Positions 48,201-56,948 of a stretch of 64,000 bases of DNA are shown here, one piece after another (position 1 is the first letter of the stretch; the number at the start of each line of letters is the position of its first letter). Where the stretch lies: IMG/VR virus record IMGVR_UViG_3300017991_000104, positions 3,946 to 67,945 of that record; one strand, written 5' to 3'. This DNA is from a virus. The notes beneath the pieces are model-generated. The model searched no databases. It was not told the DNA's origin and was given only the letters and a program-made list of their open reading frames with translations. The translations under genes and the position numbers were made by a program.

Positions 48201-51200
48201 CCAATGTTTACATCACCTATGGCAAACAATCGAGTAAAGCTAGCAAGTGAGCTAGAGCCATCACGCTGAACCTCATTATAGTTCTTTAACTCTTTACCTA
48301 TCTTATTAAAGGCATCATCTAAGTCTTTCAGACTTCCTGATTTCTCGAACTTCTTGAGTGCATCGTCTAACGACTTCAGGGAGTTAGATACATTCTCAGT
48401 AGCTATTTCTACTGCCCTAGCTTGCTTAGCTGATAAAGCCCCACTCGCCCCGACAATTCCACCGACTACCGCACCTGGGGCTCCACCAAACTGAGCACCA
48501 GTTGCAGCACCAAGTAAGCCACCGGATACAGCAGAACCTAAACCTACTGAACCAGCAGACCGACCACCTTGTTTTTCGATAGCCTCTTGAAGTAGTGGTG
48601 CGGCAAGAAAGGCACCAAAGAGGGCGTTATCACCAAACTTACCTTTGAGCCTACCTGCGAATCCTTGTTTGGGGGCACTCTTACCAGCGGCAAGACCAGC
48701 CCTAGTGGCAGCGATGGCATCACCAGACCTCTTCATCTCCCTTCGATAAGCCTGTTGAGCTTTCTTGGTTTGATGAGTGGTCGCCTCTACTCTTTTCAGT
48801 TCACGGTCAAGCACACGTAGGCCAGCCGCTGCCGCAGGAGTTTTCAACCTTGCAGATGCCTGTCGTCGAGCATCAATCTGACCAGCTATCCTCCCAGGAA
48901 TACTCTGAATGCCAGCAACTGCACGGTTGCCAGCACTAGCAAGTCCAGCCACTCCTCTATCAGCAAGACCTATGCCGCGACCAGCCAACGCTCGGCCTCT
49001 TGAGGCTACGGCTTGACCGGCACCAGTTACTCTACCAACTACAGCTTGACCAGCAGCCCTAGCTCTATCAAGTGCCCCAGGCCCACTAGCAATAGGCACT
49101 CTTGTTGGCGGCAGGGCAGACGGTAATATCTGTCGACCAGCAGAGGGCGTAGTGGTAGCATACCTCTGGGCTTGCTGTGACGCACTTAACTTCTGAGAGT
49201 CAATGATAGCCTTAGACTGTCTCTTAGCTACTTGCTGCGAAAGTTGATTGCGTTTGTTCTCAGCTATTGCCGTTTTCTTAGAAGCCACCTCAAGTTTCTT
49301 AGCTTCTACAGCACGCTGCTTATCTATCCGCAGAAGTTCCTTCTCAAGGTTAACACCAGCGTCAGGTCTTTTACTTGCCTGAGCCCGTGCTGTTCCAATA
49401 AGAGCTTGCGTGGTGAACCCAAGATTACGGGACGTACCCGCTGTCTCACGACCTCTCCTAAGTGCCTGTTCAGTTTGCCTTCTTATATTGTCAGAAAGGC
49501 CACCTCTTTCCATACCTACAAGGCCACCGCGATTGTAACCCCTAAGCTTCTCAGTGGAGTCTTTACGGATAACGAACGACCCAGGCTCAAGATTAGCGGG
49601 AACGGTATCGGTGTTGCCTTGGCCAGGAACAATTTGTGTCCCAGGTGGCAGTCCGGTGCCACCAGTTCCTGCACGACTCGCGTTATTCATTGCCATCAGT
49701 CGAGACAAGCCCTGCCGCTTAGCCTCGTCTGCTGGTACTACACCCTCACCGGGAGTTAAGATGGTATTCGGGGCACCGAATCCACCAAGGGCTCGTGCTA
49801 TTTGGGTGGTACGGCTTCGGCTAGCACGGGCTCTTTGTCTAAATCCACCTCTTTTGACTACTGTAGGAATCTCATTAGGACGCTCTGCTGCATAGTTGGC
49901 TACTTTAGTAGCCAGCCCACTGAATGATTTGTCATTAACCGATATTTTAGCATCAGCATGCACTACATTATTAGGCAGGGGGCCAAACAACCTATTGAAT
50001 GATGGCCTTTGAGCAGGCCCAATAACAAAGTCTAGAGTGTCCTTGCCAGCAGGAGTTTTAGCCTTTTGCCGATAGGTATTCGTAGCAACTGCAACTGTAC
50101 CTTCAAACAACTGCCCCAAGAGAGATTTCTTATTCATTCTCTCCATAAGTTCATCGCCCTTACCCTTGACATTAGGGGCGAAGAACGGTATAAATTCATT
50201 AGCAGCTATCTCTAAGGCTCTGAACAAATGCTTTCTAATGATAGGTTCAAATTTCTTCCTAGCATCATCACCTATCCCGAATGCTCTAGTAGGTGCAAGG
50301 AACTTCTCAACCCCATACTCCCTGACTATCTTACTTGGGCCTTTGACTATAGCCCCCTCTGGAACCTGACCCTTTTTAAACTGCCCAGCTTTCCCCTTGA
50401 CTTTTTGCTGAACCGATACATTCTTACTAATTCTATTTAACGCAGATTGCCCTCTGCCTGGGCGTGGTGTATTTCTATCATATAGAGTTGGGTCAAGTGT
50501 ATTTCTAACCAACCTTCTCTGAGTATCTGCATCAAGACCCTTAAAGCTCTTGGCGGATAGAAACTTAGGTCTATCTGACACAGACTTAGACTGGCGGGGG
50601 TCATCAAAGAATAGTCCCGCAACTGTTCTACGTGCCCGAATGTTCACCCTCTCTTGGTTTTCTGGTGTCTTTCGCTCAGCGGTTTTTATTCCTGGCACAC
50701 CAGTACCGGTACGAGGAGCCTGTGCAAGAGTCGGTATCCCAGGAATATGTTCTGGTGACCTCCTAGGAGGTCGAGCCAGTGTGGGGAGCCCCTTCAACCC
50801 ACCGTTGAACATACGGTCCAGGTTTCTTTCGCCTACCCTCTTCACACCCTCACGATTGACAACATACTCACCGTCTTCAACAGATGCCAGCAGATTATCT
50901 CGTTCGCCCCGTGGACCGCGAATCATACCACCGCTAGCAAATGCACCTACATAGCCACCCTTGTTCTTTCTTACTTTACCCTTACCTAACACTCCAGCAG
51001 AAACTGGAGTCTTGCCAATACTGGCCTTAACCATCTTAGCTAACTCTTGTACCGCAGCAGTATTCTTCTTAATCTCGCCAGAGTTAGCCTGGGTACTCTT
51101 CGTTTGCTCTTTCTGTAGAGTCTTAGCCTCAGGGTCAGGTGCCAACCCACTGATGAAACCAGGGATAATCTGCTTCAACGCACCGATACCCTTAACGGCA

Positions 51201-52600
51201 CCAAGTGCAGTGATGATAGGAAGGATAGGCTTTGCAGCTTTTGCAATCTTAATAAAGCCGCTAGCTAGTCCCAACACCGAGTCTGCGATGGCTTTAAACG
51301 ATTCGGTCTGTGTAATTTCACGGATAAGAGCTAAAAACTCCTCCTTGACCCGCTGGACGCGAACCTCAAGGGTCTGTAAGGCTGCGGCACTCTGGGTTGT
51401 CAGAGAGTTCGCCCCTCGTTGAGCCGTGAGGTACGCTTCCTGGGCTGTAGCAAACTCCTTAATAAGCGGAATGAACTTACCAATCTGACGGAAACCACCC
51501 AACTGTTCACCTAACGCTGCGAACCGGATGTCTCTGGTTTCCAAGTCTTTTAGCCCCTCATTGAGTCTCCGAACAGCTTCAAAGACACCAACGAACCTTC
51601 CCCTATTATCGCTAAGCTGAATACCAAACTGTTTCAAATACTGGATGGTACTCTTCCGCTGAATACGACTAAAGATTGTTCTCAGACCAGTAGCAATACT
51701 CTCGGCACTTTCACGTGTCGTCGCACGTACTGATGTGAAGAGAGCAATAAACTGCTGTAGCTGCTTCTGCCCACTCAATAGTGAGCCATCTAAATCTTGA
51801 ACACCACGAGATGCCGCTGCGAACACACCACCAGCACGACGAATAGCAGCAACAATATCTTCCGCCTCAACGGCGAACTTACCAGCTACCGCATTGATAG
51901 AGCCAAGAGAACCTTCTAAGTCTTTAGTCTCTAACCTAAACTGACGTAGGGATGCAATGGCACCCTCCGCAGTTTGCTGAATGTTATTGAAAGTAGGAGC
52001 TAGCGTAGTCTTAGCCAGGGCTTCCAATGCAATCTTAGTGTCCCGTGCTGACAAGCCAGCTTGGGCTAAAATACGAGACACATCAATCAAGTCGGATGAT
52101 GCGGCTCCAAATTGTGTGGAAAGGCGAGTTATCTCATCGGTCAACGACTTCAAATTCTTAGCTGATGTGCCCGTGACCTGAGATACCTTGGCGAGTTGAC
52201 GTTCAAACGAGATTGCTGCTCCGGTGGCCTTTGTCACCGCACCAATAAACCCGAAGATGATACCGGTGGCGATTGAGAAACCCGCGAAACGACGAACAGC
52301 AAGACCAGCAACCTCACCAAACTTAGTAAGCTTAGTGGTAGCTACATCTGTAGCCTGACCAACCTTCGTCATGCTAGCACTAGCCTTGTCGGCTGACTTA
52401 GCCACGGCGTTCATACCTTGGCTAGCTTTCTTAGCATCGCCCCCCATGGACTTGACAGCAGCAGCCGCCTTAGGGTCCATAGTTACCTTGATGGGGGCGG
52501 AAATACCAGCAATCTGCTGCTTGATATTCTTAACTACAGCCGATAAGTTAGCGGGGCCTTGTAGATGAAGTTGGGCAGTAAGGTCGAATCCACCAGCCAT
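45218..52600 (-). CDS. Tail tape measure protein
   Basis: 2460 aa helical; FERQLAKVSQVTG, LAQAGL, ESAESIATGLRTIFSRI (TP901-like core); FASGG..GP..D...GEYVVN motifs. Confidence 0.9.
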   Translation of the reverse strand: MAGGFDLTAQLHLQGPANLSAVVKNIKQQIAGISAPIKVTMDPKAAAAVKSMGGDAKKASQGMNAVAKSADKASASMTKVGQATDVATTKLTKFGEVAGLAVRRFAGFSIATGIIFGFIGAVTKATGAAISFERQLAKVSQVTGTSAKNLKSLTDEITRLSTQFGAASSDLIDVSRILAQAGLSARDTKIALEALAKTTLAPTFNNIQQTAEGAIASLRQFRLETKDLEGSLGSINAVAGKFAVEAEDIVAAIRRAGGVFAAASRGVQDLDGSLLSGQKQLQQFIALFTSVRATTRESAESIATGLRTIFSRIQRKSTIQYLKQFGIQLSDNRGRFVGVFEAVRRLNEGLKDLETRDIRFAALGEQLGGFRQIGKFIPLIKEFATAQEAYLTAQRGANSLTTQSAAALQTLEVRVQRVKEEFLALIREITQTESFKAIADSVLGLASGFIKIAKAAKPILPIITALGAVKGIGALKQIIPGFISGLAPDPEAKTLQKEQTKSTQANSGEIKKNTAAVQELAKMVKASIGKTPVSAGVLGKGKVRKNKGGYVGAFASGGMIRGPRGERDNLLASVEDGEYVVNREGVKRVGERNLDRMFNGGLKGLPTLARPPRRSPEHIPGIPTLAQAPRTGTGVPGIKTAERKTPENQERVNIRARRTVAGLFFDDPRQSKSVSDRPKFLSAKSFKGLDADTQRRLVRNTLDPTLYDRNTPRPGRGQSALNRISKNVSVQQKVKGKAGQFKKGQVPEGAIVKGPSKIVREYGVEKFLAPTRAFGIGDDARKKFEPIIRKHLFRALEIAANEFIPFFAPNVKGKGDELMERMNKKSLLGQLFEGTVAVATNTYRQKAKTPAGKDTLDFVIGPAQRPSFNRLFGPLPNNVVHADAKISVNDKSFSGLATKVANYAAERPNEIPTVVKRGGFRQRARASRSRTTQIARALGGFGAPNTILTPGEGVVPADEAKRQGLSRLMAMNNASRAGTGGTGLPPGTQIVPGQGNTDTVPANLEPGSFVIRKDSTEKLRGYNRGGLVGMERGGLSDNIRRQTEQALRRGRETAGTSRNLGFTTQALIGTARAQASKRPDAGVNLEKELLRIDKQRAVEAKKLEVASKKTAIAENKRNQLSQQVAKRQSKAIIDSQKLSASQQAQRYATTTPSAGRQILPSALPPTRVPIASGPGALDRARAAGQAVVGRVTGAGQAVASRGRALAGRGIGLADRGVAGLASAGNRAVAGIQSIPGRIAGQIDARRQASARLKTPAAAAGLRVLDRELKRVEATTHQTKKAQQAYRREMKRSGDAIAATRAGLAAGKSAPKQGFAGRLKGKFGDNALFGAFLAAPLLQEAIEKQGGRSAGSVGLGSAVSGGLLGAATGAQFGGAPGAVVGGIVGASGALSAKQARAVEIATENVSNSLKSLDDALKKFEKSGSLKDLDDAFNKIGKELKNYNEVQRDGSSSLASFTRLFAIGDVNIGRRAGAADLAAERGLGKQVVSEIGTAIATLDPFSFASEFVDLRKFTPDFLEDVPGIKQAIQGRKTLNEERVAEKQARFRATRAQGRATFQQAQPAFAKAQDTIISELRKNADLTFEQLTEGREGLIDVLAFGESEGRAASLTLQLSKMDDEQSKLIRTTATARGAWEKIREELAKQATLDTEVQKANTEILILNQLLKDTADSVKYAAQAHIEYTQAINRTATELLGGQAQLQAPARRNPFENFNAASQGDLTKTFDRLDRTIGKTNVGSRLRDEARGLKFLQEGLKDVATSTLRESAKPGADSAETIFGDKLSSLLAKAVEAGVSQDAIDRVRTKATEFQTGNIKGTQSRLEDRLLGGGLVEKATGQLAKNLTTAGSEIVKALNDIEKRYVESWNQIIQVNEKVAAQQESVNQKRIKNENKIAQALGKELTFEDKTRGLKSQLESLAPQGDDLLAQLSATKLPDATEITPATAGDRVRRALDERDRLEAQRKRLGEPVSLPTASERAPFPKGIDEVVEGAKRQEKLVELEKKLDLQQTERRIAFSARDIATDRVVDARNRQDEAQNRIDNSWLNTLSGGYAAWEFDTKPRNEANVERHNESRRIVALTDEIKELDKSISKTESDIQATKTAPLPSLPLGIGATSPLFSPVSPTLGAPDENQALQAARDKNTQMLDANQQAMHANTAELRNAQKQLDILSKDTVSLDAAISDFNKVQARQKAGQNLVDTIIGGSAKDRRELERSGISTLKTLFAPKTATAKDIGRAQKFAPEIGFIAGGEEKRRQLTKQVRQTGIDVSVRQSGLKGQEADEYRKFLTDLGAEAQDTPEGKKAIQQAKDAAKRQEEAAQIQADIAKDRAKGLPGEVEARKEAEKKALGEALTREDFAKFDEAAKLIANSTASFKEAGEALLEGAGVIKETLGGLNETLGRIPENIMLTGEHSMNIVVNGGTALAQQLVDQVRPAIEELIEQRTMKGVDPLGQENVNNDMKPAGTR

Positions 52601-52681
52601 TGAAAAGTTGTCCTATAAAAGTAGCGTAATACCTCTAATGGGCACTTAACACTGTCCAGTATGACTGCTATCCGTTCTCCC

Positions 52682-52695
52682 ACTATATTATACAC
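52682..52695 (-). promoter_or_regulatory. Putative phage promoter GTGTATAATATAGT upstream of the tape measure gene
   Basis: Matches GTATAATnnAGT seen at 64-75 and 23476-23487; intergenic. Confidence 0.6.
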
Positions 52696-52704
52696 AAAAC
52701 ACGG

Positions 52705-53322
52705 CTAGGCGTCCAAGTTATAGTTGTAGACCTCGAAAGACCCGTTTGCACTATTCGCGGCGTCCTCATAGTGATTAGCAGCATAGTGATACTGCATATC
52801 ATTACCCGAGGTGGATACTGTTACCGTCAGTGTGGAAACCGTGGTAATATCAAAACCACCAGAAAAGATATTACATGTCACTACCCCGGTAGAGTCATTC
52901 CAGTTGACCCGAATATAATACCTAGTGCCTACAGAAAGAACTCCAGCACCAGTTTCCTGGTTAGACGACGCACCATCTACAAACTCGTACAACTGCATCC
53001 TTACAGTATCACCCCTGTATCTTAGGTACATGCGTTCATAGGTGTTAACTGCCATATCATATACACCAGCCAAATTAGTGGAGATACACCACGGAAACAT
53101 CAGGGCAGCACCACCTGAGTTACCTATAAACTCAAACTCGTGAGTGAAACCGGGAGAAATCCCATTAACACCCTTGTCTATATAGGCATATGAAACCCCT
53201 TGGTTACGAGTTAAAGAGGCTGTTAGCTTAGTAGCGGAAACCACCTCTATATCGTTAGTCCCATTCTCAACTACCGTATAAGCATTGAAGCCATGAGGAC
53301 GATAGATTCTTCCAGTCGGCAT
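52705..53322 (-). CDS. Lectin/ConA-like beta-sandwich protein; start estimated
   Basis: LTRNQGVSYAYIDKG...FTHEFEF...GTRYYIRV...YQ/YHY aligns with both repeats of the 62858 ORF. Confidence 0.55.
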   Translation of the reverse strand: MPTGRIYRPHGFNAYTVVENGTNDIEVVSATKLTASLTRNQGVSYAYIDKGVNGISPGFTHEFEFIGNSGGAALMFPWCISTNLAGVYDMAVNTYERMYLRYRGDTVRMQLYEFVDGASSNQETGAGVLSVGTRYYIRVNWNDSTGVVTCNIFSGGFDITTVSTLTVTVSTSGNDMQYHYAANHYEDAANSANGSFEVYNYNLDA

Positions 53323-53365
53323 ATATATGGCCGCACCTGGACGCCGCAGGGGGTAGTGACAGCCA

Positions 53366-54223
53366 TTATTCATCTTCTTTCTTTGCTTTCGGAGGACGAC
53401 CACGCCGCTTAGGCTTCTCTTCCTCTTCTTCTTTCTTGACGGGTTCGACAGTCTTACCAGCTTTGGTAAACGGTTTACGCTCAACGATGAAGTTCCCCTC
53501 CTCGTCAATCCGTCGACCATCGCGGTCAACAAAGTTCCCGTCCTTATCTACGAAGCGGTTGTTCTCATCAATCAGACGACCTTCATCGTCAATGAGATGG
53601 CCATCCTTATTAATCAGACGAAGTTCACTGTCTACAAAACCATAGTCTGTCAGGAACTGGTTTTCGGGCAGCTTGCCGTGCATATCCGCATCCCAGTTGT
53701 GAAGCATGGTTGCCAATGTTTGTGCACCAAAGATAGCAACCGCACTATCTGCATCATCTTCAAATGCATCTAGGGAATCATAAATTCGCTTGTCCGTTTT
53801 ATCGTCAACCAAGCACAATGCAGTAAGATGATTATGCTTAGTGTTATCTGCCATACCCTCGGCAGTATTTGAGTCGAGAGAGCCACGCTCTACCTGAATA
53901 TCCAGATATTTACCACGCCACTCACGCATGTCCAACGCAAGCTTATAGGCTTCGTCAATATCGAAGCCACCCTCATGGAGTCGGAAGGCACCCTCCCGAA
54001 GTTTATGCTGGATGTCCTTAAGCTCTGCTTCCTTGTCGTCGTTCCATTTACCACGTGAGCGTAGAATGTCGTCAATCTGCATCCTAAGCTTTGCACCTGC
54101 ATCAACCGCTTGTGCATAGGCACGTTGGTATGTCTTTTGGGCTTCCCGCTGGTCCTTAGCCGTAGGCTTATTAACACGGTAAGTCTTGCCCTCTAATTCA
54201 AAAGTGTTGGGTTTGTCAGCCAT
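53366..54223 (-). CDS. Putative tail assembly chaperone
   Basis: Between tail tube and tape measure; C-terminal DxxG hairpin repeats. Confidence 0.55.
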   Translation of the reverse strand: MADKPNTFELEGKTYRVNKPTAKDQREAQKTYQRAYAQAVDAGAKLRMQIDDILRSRGKWNDDKEAELKDIQHKLREGAFRLHEGGFDIDEAYKLALDMREWRGKYLDIQVERGSLDSNTAEGMADNTKHNHLTALCLVDDKTDKRIYDSLDAFEDDADSAVAIFGAQTLATMLHNWDADMHGKLPENQFLTDYGFVDSELRLINKDGHLIDDEGRLIDENNRFVDKDGNFVDRDGRRIDEEGNFIVERKPFTKAGKTVEPVKKEEEEEKPKRRGRPPKAKKEDE

Positions 54224-54236
54224 TAAGCTTCTCCTC

Positions 54237-54602
54237 TTAGTCCTGTTTGATAATGAACTCTGTTCGGTACCTATTCCAAGTCATCGTGTACTGGGCGATT
54301 TCGTCCAACGCAGCCCTTAATTGATTATTACCACTATTAAGGATTTTTGTTCGGACTTTTTCCCACTCATCACGCCAAATTTTTTGTTCTTCTGTAGGGT
54401 TCTCTGGCCAATTACCGTGACCCCATACCTCACCAAAGGATTCTTCAAACGCAGCCAGTGCACCTATCATCAATGTCTTGAATTTTTTCTCAATATTTGT
54501 GATAAGTCGCTTTTTTGAACTGTTTTTGAACTTCTCGTCATTGTCACGACGAGCCTTCTCAATCATCTTACTAGCATTCTTTGGAACTGGTTGCTTGTCC
54601 AT
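54237..54602 (-). CDS. hypothetical protein in the tail region
   Basis: Helical; TAATG-coupled. Confidence 0.65.
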   Translation of the reverse strand: MDKQPVPKNASKMIEKARRDNDEKFKNSSKKRLITNIEKKFKTLMIGALAAFEESFGEVWGHGNWPENPTEEQKIWRDEWEKVRTKILNSGNNQLRAALDEIAQYTMTWNRYRTEFIIKQD

Positions 54603-55639
54603 TACTTATTTCCTTTCACAGTATCCATATATTGCTGGTTAGCTTGCATCTGCAAGTCACGCTGCACATCTGGCAGTTGTGATTCTTTAACTTTGCCCTT
54701 CTTCTTAATAACCTGCTCACGCTGCTTCTTAATTTCCGCAGCCGTTTGGTCATTTAGTTGGTTAATCTTTCGGGCATGTTCTGCATCTTTGGCAGGGATG
54801 AACAACTCTCCAGCACCCCGGTGCTTATCTCCCACACTTTCATCAGCATGCTTCTGCATCTTATTCTTCTCGTGCTTACGACGTTGAGTTATCTTCCATC
54901 CGTCAAACATATCATCATCTTCTATGATATGGTCGGGTGGACATTCTAGGCTCTCGTATGCGTTGTCGTACATCTTACTATACACTATAAGCAACTGCTG
55001 GTCACGACTAAGGTCTTTGACGGGTACATCAAATGGCTGTTCACCACACCTCCAATAGATGCCCCACGGTTCAGTCCGTGCTAATTCACGTATCTGAGTA
55101 TCGGACAAGGCTTTTGCATTTATCTCTTCTATGATGCGGTTAAGAAGTGTCATGGGGGCGTTATCTTCGTCCCACAGCTTGTGACCTTCTAGGGTGTATA
55201 CGGTGTTTGCAGCAATATATTGGGCACGTACAAGGTCTGCATAGCCTTCAAGGGTCATCTCATCAAATTGGTGCTTTTGGCTAAGCAAGCTAGAGATGCT
55301 GGCTCGCGTGCGGGTGAGCTTCTTTCTGAGGTCGGCTATAAGAGTATCTGCCTTTAATGCCGCTTGGTATAGGTCGACCTTAAGGTTTTCCAGCACATCA
55401 TAGAACTTCTCAACCCTTTGTTCTGCCTGAGGCCCCCACCCTATCATCTCATAGGCTTTCTCAGCAGTTAACATGGTAGAGAATCGCTCATCGTGTAAGA
55501 CCTCTTCACGTTTTAGGAGCGATTGATACTGCAAGAAGCCACTAGGAGCCTTAACTAGGTACTTGCGTTTCCCGATAGTGATGATTTGCTGTCCAGCCAT
55601 AATCTGGTGAACAAGCTTTTGGCGTGTGTGGGAGTCCAT
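54602..55639 (-). CDS. Putative tail assembly chaperone-like protein
   Basis: Helical; ECPPDHIIEDDDMFDGW; follows the tail tube gene. Confidence 0.55.
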   Translation of the reverse strand: MDSHTRQKLVHQIMAGQQIITIGKRKYLVKAPSGFLQYQSLLKREEVLHDERFSTMLTAEKAYEMIGWGPQAEQRVEKFYDVLENLKVDLYQAALKADTLIADLRKKLTRTRASISSLLSQKHQFDEMTLEGYADLVRAQYIAANTVYTLEGHKLWDEDNAPMTLLNRIIEEINAKALSDTQIRELARTEPWGIYWRCGEQPFDVPVKDLSRDQQLLIVYSKMYDNAYESLECPPDHIIEDDDMFDGWKITQRRKHEKNKMQKHADESVGDKHRGAGELFIPAKDAEHARKINQLNDQTAAEIKKQREQVIKKKGKVKESQLPDVQRDLQMQANQQYMDTVKGNK

Positions 55640-55703
55640 CCTAAAGTCCTATAAAAAAGGTCGTCGTGTCACTTGCCTACAGGCTATCGCATCCACTTCG
55701 ACC

Positions 55704-55737
55704 AAAAGGGGTGGTCACCCACAGTGTGACCACCCCT
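55704..55737 (-). terminator. Rho-independent terminator after the tail tube gene
   Basis: 12-bp stem AGGGGTGGTCAC/GTGACCACCCCT, 7-nt loop, ending in TTTT on the minus strand. Confidence 0.8.
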
Positions 55738-55756
55738 GGATTGTTATGTAGTGGGA

Positions 55757-56881
55757 TTAACCACCAAGGTAATCGTCACGGTTAGTCCACCAACTGAGCG
55801 TGTCACCAGGGTCACCCGAGTGCAACACGGTCATGTCGTTGAATGTCGTGAACGAGTAAGTCGTAGTGACATTACCCCCACCAGCATCACCACCAGCATA
55901 GCTTACCGAGGCAAGCTTGTTCTTATCGCCAAGGTAAATACGTGTACCTTCGCATGTGGCAATACGGATGGTTCGGTCAACAAGGTTACTCTTCTCGATG
56001 CAGAACGCACTACCCGAGCCATAGATACCTTCCTCAGTAGCCGAAACCATATCACCAGAGATGGAGATGGTTTCAACTTCGCAGGTAACCTCAATCGGGA
56101 ACGTGACCGGACGGTGATACGGCGACCGACGACCCAATTCAAAGATTTCCTCACGACCTAAGTCGGCACTGCAACTAATGTTAGTAACGTGTGCACCGAA
56201 GTCACCACCAGACGAGTCATTGGTACCGCTGGAACTGATACCATAAACCTCATACGGCAGCACTGTCGAGTCAACACCCGTGCCATCAAACACAAGGTCT
56301 TGTCGACGGTTCACACCACCCTGCCCAATAGGTTCATCGTTATTACCAGCAAACGCACCGTCAAACGAGACAGCAGCGATACGTGCAATAACGTCAGGGT
56401 TAGTCGGCTTAGTATCGTTCAGCCAAATCTTGTCGTTACCAACAAGGGTTACGTCTTCGGTGAAGTTCCCATCCACAGGGAACGTGTAGCTCAGCGAGCT
56501 TACGAACATACCAGAGCATTGCACCGAACTCAGAGCAGTACCAGCAGACGAGTCAGCGGTATCACTAAAGATGGACAGGCCGAAAACCGCACGGGCATTG
56601 GACCGACCAGCCAGAGTGGGCGATGTAGCATCAACGGTAGCGAGGTGATAAAGCAACGGATATCCGTCTAACACCTTATTCAGCGTGATTTCTACGTCAG
56701 GAATCTCTTCAATGTTCTCGTAAATCGCTAGCTGACCTAACTCAAACACCTGTTCAAGGTTGAAGTTAGTAGTCATGCCCACACTTTGGACACCATGGGC
56801 CGCAGTAAGACCTGCATAAGCCGCATTACTACCTATACCAACCTGATGAACTGCGTAGTAGATTCTTTTGTTAGCAGCCAT
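55757..56881 (-). CDS. Major tail tube protein (internally duplicated)
   Basis: Own promoter and terminator; position before chaperones and tape measure; repeated EQVFELGQ / EEIFELGR motif. Confidence 0.65.
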   Translation of the reverse strand: MAANKRIYYAVHQVGIGSNAAYAGLTAAHGVQSVGMTTNFNLEQVFELGQLAIYENIEEIPDVEITLNKVLDGYPLLYHLATVDATSPTLAGRSNARAVFGLSIFSDTADSSAGTALSSVQCSGMFVSSLSYTFPVDGNFTEDVTLVGNDKIWLNDTKPTNPDVIARIAAVSFDGAFAGNNDEPIGQGGVNRRQDLVFDGTGVDSTVLPYEVYGISSSGTNDSSGGDFGAHVTNISCSADLGREEIFELGRRSPYHRPVTFPIEVTCEVETISISGDMVSATEEGIYGSGSAFCIEKSNLVDRTIRIATCEGTRIYLGDKNKLASVSYAGGDAGGGNVTTTYSFTTFNDMTVLHSGDPGDTLSWWTNRDDYLGG

Positions 56882-56906
56882 GTAATTTTCTCCCTATACG
56901 ATATTC

Positions 56907-56941
56907 GGATAAAGCTTTATCCCTACAGTATTATAATACAC
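56907..56941 (-). promoter_or_regulatory. Putative promoter plus 16-bp palindrome upstream of the tail tube gene
   Basis: GTGTATTATAATACTGT on the minus strand; perfect palindrome GGATAAAGCTTTATCC at 56907-56922. Confidence 0.55.
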
Positions 56942-56948
56942 GAAAAGG

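Noticed and set aside
53366-53532. Programmed -1 frameshift fusing the tail chaperone to the overlapping 52705 ORF
   Set aside because: No canonical X XXY YYZ slippery heptamer seen in the overlap, and the downstream ORF is a lectin-like domain with its own ATG options.
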